In this document: positions 59,096-64,000 of the stretch, piece by piece
How positions within the stretch are numbered: position 1 is the stretch's first letter
How the letters are laid out: each line of letters opens with the position of its first letter
NCBI GenBank assembly: GCA_012295275.1
Contig: CM022676.1
Coordinates: 9,424,001 to 9,488,000 of the forward strand
Length of the DNA: 64,000 nt
Direction of reading: 5' to 3'
DNA from: Chrysomallon squamiferum
Taxonomy: Eukaryota > Animalia > Mollusca
Translations under genes and position numbers: made by a program
The notes under the pieces: model-generated
Told to the model about the DNA's origin: nothing
Database searches by the model: none
Seen by the model: the letters and a program-made list of their open reading frames with translations, nothing else

Positions 59096-59608
59096 AGCGT
59101 GTTTATGTTGTTCGATTTTTTCTGATTCACGTACGATTGTTTGTGTTGACGGTTTTTCTCGTTTTGTTGTTGTAGCTGTTGTTTTTTTAAAATGAAATAA
59201 AATACCTGCCATGCCAGCAAATTAGCTGAATAATTTTTGTTTAACGAACAGCTTTCCATAGACAGCGCAAATGAATAAACTGACTGTGACATCAGTAAAG
59301 ACGAAATGTCTGTTTAGTAACTGTGACGTCATCTCACTGTTATATTATGACGTAAATATAGGACTGGTAAGCTAAAAGTTAAGGTCTTATTTCAGTATGT
59401 CTTATGTTAAAATAACACTTAAATTTTTTCTATTTTTTAAATTTTGGATTTGATTTAAATATTTATTATTAAATAACTATATTTAGCAGCGAAGACAGTC
59501 AGTCATCTTGTTATTTTGTGACGTAATTATAAAATGCACACCTAGTGAAAGGAATACAATGTATAAACTACATGACGGTTAAACAATTTTTAATTTTTAA
59601 TTTTAGTT

Positions 59609-59902
59609 CAGGCATGGGCCACCTTTTTCGAGAAGCGGGCCACATGAGGCATGACTCATCCTCAGGCGGGCCGCAGGTACTAACTTAGTCGATTCTGTGT
59701 TTTTACGTAGTGTTTATTTTAAGAAATTTTTCATTTTCGTTTACTTCAGGAACTGTTATAATAAAACTAAAAAATACGTGTTTTAGTATATTAAAAGATA
59801 CAAAATAGACTCATTTTATAAAAGTTGAAGTGACGTCATTTTCCTTGTGAAATTAGACGGGCCACTCAGAAAACCGCGCGGGCCGCATTTTGCTCGTGAC
59901 TG
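59609..59902. mobile_element. Non-autonomous hAT (Charlie/Buster-like) MITE, 294 bp
   Basis: Exact 8-bp direct repeat TTTTAGTT at 59601-59608 and 59903-59910. Termini CAG...CTG with imperfect TIRs (CAGGCATGGGCCA versus CAGTCACGAGCAA). Repeated subterminal (G/A)CGGGCC(A/G)C motifs. Confidence 0.8.
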
Positions 59903-60704
59903 TTTTAGTTCTTGAATGCAGTTTTAATAGCACATTACAACTATCAGCGGTGAAATAATTCTATTAACTGTGACAGACAAAGTAAATGTAACGTGATATT
60001 TCTGTTAAATTGTTTTTTTGTTTTATTTTGGCTGTATTTTAATATTTATCAAAAATAGCCAACTAATAGCTTTACAATTTCGTAAAGAAACACTACATTT
60101 ACAATCTGTGACGTCATTATACTGTTATATTTATTGTGACGTAAGAGATAGGACAAACATGGACATGAATCGATGGTATTTTTAAAAGTAGATGCCAAAA
60201 TAACAGTATAAATAAATATGTTGAATAATTTGTATTAATATTTTGAATCCTTTTAAAGCAGTATATTAAAAGACTGATCAAATGCCTTTAAAACGGTAAT
60301 TTGTGACTACTCTTCAAGGTTCCATTTGTGACGTCATTAAACAACGATATTTTTAGCATCAATTTTTCTGTCGCTAATTCCCTCGCCCCAAACCATCCAG
60401 TTTATTATAAAACATTTACATTTAATGAGAATTCATTCGTTAATACCGCATCAATTTTTATTTTTCAGATTTATAAGCTGAATATATTTTTACATTTATA
60501 TATTCACGTTTATGTTTGTATATTTTACTACAGATTTACCTGCCGTTTGAAAGCATTTTAAAATGTTCTTCTCACTAATTTTGTTTAATAGTTTCAACAT
60601 CGTTATTGTGTACATCAGACCATTCTGGTTGTAAGCCTTTCAAATAACCCTAGTTAACACGTAAAAAAAATAAAAAAAACAGACGCCATTGCATGAAGAA
60701 ATCG

Positions 60705-60710
60705 TTTATT
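60705..60710 (-). terminator. Probable polyadenylation signal of the PLA2 gene
   Basis: AATAAA on the - strand about 520 nt after the stop codon, followed by a GT/T-rich tract (gtctgttttttttattttt). Confidence 0.5.
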
Positions 60711-61230
60711 GCTACTTGTAAACAGATTTTTAAAACTTGATGAAACGAATATGATGGATTTAAAAAAATATATAGACATTTACAAAATATATTAAAAATT
60801 TTAAATATATTATGAAAAATGATGCTACTGAATGACGAATATTAATACTGTAAAACATTTACCGACTTGTTAATTGCAAAAATATTTCCTCTTTTAAGAA
60901 TAAAGATCAAATTTTATAATTTTCATTTCTGGGATATGTGCATGCAAATGTACAGTCGACAAATTTTTGATTTGATCGAAGGGTATCCAATAACACGTAT
61001 TCCTTCTGCACACACGTCTGCTCATTTCCACAAACGTCCTGTCTGGATACAAAATGGTGGCATTATTAATTTGGTTTGCATTTATCCAGTTTTTAACTGT
61101 TCCATTTCAACAAGAATTCCTTTGCAATAATATTTAACATTGTAAGACAAAAAGATATAGAAAAGAAAAAGAAAAGATCTGTAGAGAGAAAGAGACGTTA
61201 AGAATAATTCAAGAAGCCGCCATTTGCAAT

Positions 61231-61434
61231 TCACCATATGCAATAGTTCACCCAACTTTGAGAGCACCAGTACGGAGAAACACTGTTGAAGTGGGAGGCT
61301 CCGCCCACCCGAGCAGCTTTGTAGTATAAAAATGCAGCAAATTTGCAGTAAAATTCCCACCATCGACATTTTCTGATCATGTGTCTGTAGAAGAGATAGT
61401 CACAAGTAAATCGACCTTGATTCTTAGTTTGAGC
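61231..61434 (-). CDS. Conodipine-like secreted phospholipase A2, coding exon 2
   Basis: Acceptor tttttctcccgttccag, then 68 open codons in phase 0: AQTKNQGRFTCDYLFYRHMIRKCRWWEFYCKFAAFLYYKAARVGGASHFNSVSPYWCSQSWVNYCIW*. The R-x-x-CD-x-x-F-x3-M-x3-C and C-x3-A-x2-YY-x-A motifs are typical of this family. Not present in the ORF track. Confidence 0.88.
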   Translation of the reverse strand, partial: AQTKNQGRFTCDYLFYRHMIRKCRWWEFYCKFAAFLYYKAARVGGASHFNSVSPYWCSQSWVNYCIW

Positions 61435-61886
61435 CTGGAACGGGAGAAAAAAAAAATAATAGATTTTAAAATATATATAGAAAAAATAAAATAAATAGAT
61501 TTAAAAAAAAAAAAAACATGAGAAAGAACGAAAGTTGTAAATAAACGACTAAATAAATGTATAAATATTGAGAAAAATAATATTTTTAATTAAGGGGGAG
61601 TGATTTAACGGTGTATGCATTTCAGACAGAACCAGCAGACACTTGCTTTAAAAAAAAAAAAAAAAAAGAAAATACGCCATTTAAAATGTTCGACCATTAG
61701 TCCGTGTTTTACTGCCATCCTTTATTATTAGCAAAGATCCAATGCAACAATAAACAAACATAAAAACGTATTCTGTCTATTTTGTAATGCAACATTTTGC
61801 TAAATATATATAAAACGAAATTGGAAAGGGAACCGTGTTTTAAGTGTACCGAGTTTTACAAAACGTGCACAACGTTGTATACTCAC

Positions 61887-62064
61887 ACAGAAGTAGCAGA
61901 CGTCGTGCCGATAACACGACGACGTAAAGCGAGATTTGTACGCTGGAGGAGCATAGCTGGGTATGTTGCAGCCGTTGACGCCGTACCTGTTGCAGTAGTC
62001 TGCAGTCGACACCGGCAACAGAAGCAGGGGAGATAAAGAGAACTGCAAATATTTCTTTAATCAT
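61887..62064 (-). CDS. Conodipine-like secreted phospholipase A2, coding exon 1 (signal peptide plus catalytic His-Asp)
   Basis: Acceptor ttttccctttcag lies just before ATG 62064. The exon reads MIKEIFAVLFIS-LLLLPVSTA-DYCNRYGVNGCNIPSYAPPAYKSRFTSSCYRHDVCYFC after removing one base from the GGGG run at 62027-62030. The NGC...F...C-x-x-HD-x-CY-x-C pattern matches conodipine/group IX sPLA2. Phase-0 donor GTGAGT at 61886-61881. Confidence 0.88.
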
Positions 62065-62121
62065 ACTGAAAGGGAAAACAAAAAATTAAAATGTATTATA
62101 TAAATTAAAAAATGTCCATAT

Positions 62122-62198
<77 letters not shown>

Positions 62199-62709
62199 CA
62201 CGCCTTTATAGATACATTTACAAACAAAACTGTGCGCCTCAATTACAAAACAGCTTATTTGCTTTTCAAATAATTTTTATTTATCAGTCTTTGGTAACAA
62301 ATATATGGCAAACGAACTGAAATATCAAAAAAAAAAAAATATCGTTTTTCCACCCATCTCGTTTTCTCTATAAAATTCATGACGTTTACTACAATTGTAA
62401 AATATTCCAGTACAGAGAGACAGAAGGTAATTAAATTTCCTGAACATAATTTTTATTAAGATGAATGGGCGTTTAACAGTGGCAAAACTACTTCGGCTAT
62501 GACGTACAATGCAGGTGTATCAAATGACACTGACAATTCTTGTAATGGATCACGTGTTTGTTGTTACCATCGTTTTTCCTTTAATTTGATAAACGCGAGC
62601 ATACAAAAAAAAAAAAAAACACACAGAAGAACAAAAACAATTAATTACTAGTTCATAAAAAATAATAATAATCATTAATATTATTATATAATAAAAATCA
62701 TTCCTTTAC

Positions 62710-62771
62710 CTTTTCGAACTATTCTAACCAAATCTTGCTTTTAGTTCAGGCTGTGCGAGCTGCTATTTATA
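62710..62771 (-). promoter_or_regulatory. TATA box and short non-coding first exon of the PLA2 gene
   Basis: TATAAATA on the - strand at 62771-62764; donor AAAAG|GTAAAG at 62710|62709. This pairs with the acceptor just upstream of ATG 62064. Confidence 0.6.
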
Positions 62772-62952
62772 GGATTTAACCCCAGATCGAGGCGAAATTG
62801 ACGTAAATCTCAGAAGCTGACTTTCCCCGTGCTCAACCAAAATGTCGGGCGATGCGACAGAAAAAGAAATTAACATTATAGGCATTCGTAAATCAAACTC
62901 TAATTTCACAGCTACACAAGTCGATGAAAAGAAAAGATTTACGAAGATCTGT

Positions 62953-62991
<39 letters not shown>

Positions 62992-64000
62992 TTGATGTTA
63001 TATTAACAAATATGAACTTTAAAATATAATTTTTTAAAATGTTAATAACAAACTGGTGTCTAACGAACCCAAAACAAGCAATTTTGATCCGCACGTTTTA
63101 TCCAGTTTATGAAGAGATAAAATAAAAATTTAATTTTCACAGTGCAGAAAACTATATCTTGTTTTAAATATTTTTTTTTAGAAATGCCGCAAGAAATATG
63201 GGATGGGTTTCGGGAAATTCAGAATTTGGGTTCATGATTAAAGTCGTACTTCTTTTTCTTTTTTTTTTCATATTGTTTTTCTTTTTCTTTTTTTATATTA
63301 GCGAATTGACTTATAGTCTGTATCAGTCTGTAAAACATTTCCTTCTTCATGTTTATTTTAACAACAAATAATTATTTTAATTTACACTTTCGCCTTTAAA
63401 ATAAAACATAGGCCTACATGCAGATGTTGCACGTGCAGATACTAATTATAGTTTCTTAAATGGCGATCATTAATATAAATGCAAACAATTTATGTTTAAC
63501 TGTTCAGAAAATTATTATCGAAAAGCAGTTAGAAATTCAGTATAGCTAATGTAATATTAAAACCCTGTTAAGTTTAATATTTAATATAAAGAGATTCAAG
63601 GAAACTAGATTAGATTTTTATTATAATTTATAACGTTTGGATAGTCTTTTCAGAAGCTATTGTATTTTGACGGAGGGGAAATAACTCTAACCGCTAACAT
63701 GCGTTAAATATAAACATGGCCAGTTCTTGTGCAGGTGCTTGTTCGATTTTTCTTATCTTTAATTATTTTTACACTGAAATTATCATACAGACTTCTTAAT
63801 TATATGACGTATATATTTACATCATTTTAATAACTTAAATCAAAACTAGTATTTTAAATAAATTATTTTGAATTTAAATGTGTATATTATAATATTCGGA
63901 GCACGTGGCCATGGCCCATGTTAAAATTTAACAATCATAATCGTAAACCAACTAATTATAATTTCTTACTTCATTATTTATTATTTCAAAGAGACTGCTA

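Noticed and set aside
61082-61369. ORF MSMVGILLQICC... resembling a signal peptide
   Set aside because: Alternative frame of PLA2 exon 2; the other frame carries the family motifs and matches the splice phase.

Overview
AT-rich, microsatellite-dense animal genomic DNA. A gastropod mollusc is likely, inferred from a conodipine-type PLA2 gene and recalled molluscan SINE cores. Almost all ORFs in the track are translations of simple repeats. Two protein-coding genes are supported. (1) An intronless + strand gene with about 15 C2H2 zinc fingers (53319-55451), broken by three -1 frameshifts that can each be repaired by one base in a short homopolymer. (2) A - strand secreted conodipine-like phospholipase A2 (coding exons 62064-61887 and 61434-61231), with a TATA box, a short 5' exon, a polyA signal and one extra base in a homopolymer. 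The remainder is non-coding: minisatellites, a 294-bp hAT MITE with an 8-bp target-site duplication (TSD), SINE remnants and a long inverted repeat 3' of the zinc-finger gene. About 45 kb is CpG-poor by eye and is punctuated by CpG-rich islands ending in minus-strand splice donors, possibly alternative first exons of a large gene continuing left. It also carries homotypic motif clusters (TTAACYCTTT-TGCTG, CAGGTR, RFX X-boxes, nuclear-receptor DR1/DR5, one CTCF site); a separate CRE cluster lies at 59.3-60.3 kb. All alignments and counts were done by eye. No novel system is proven here; the best leads are ranked in the findings.
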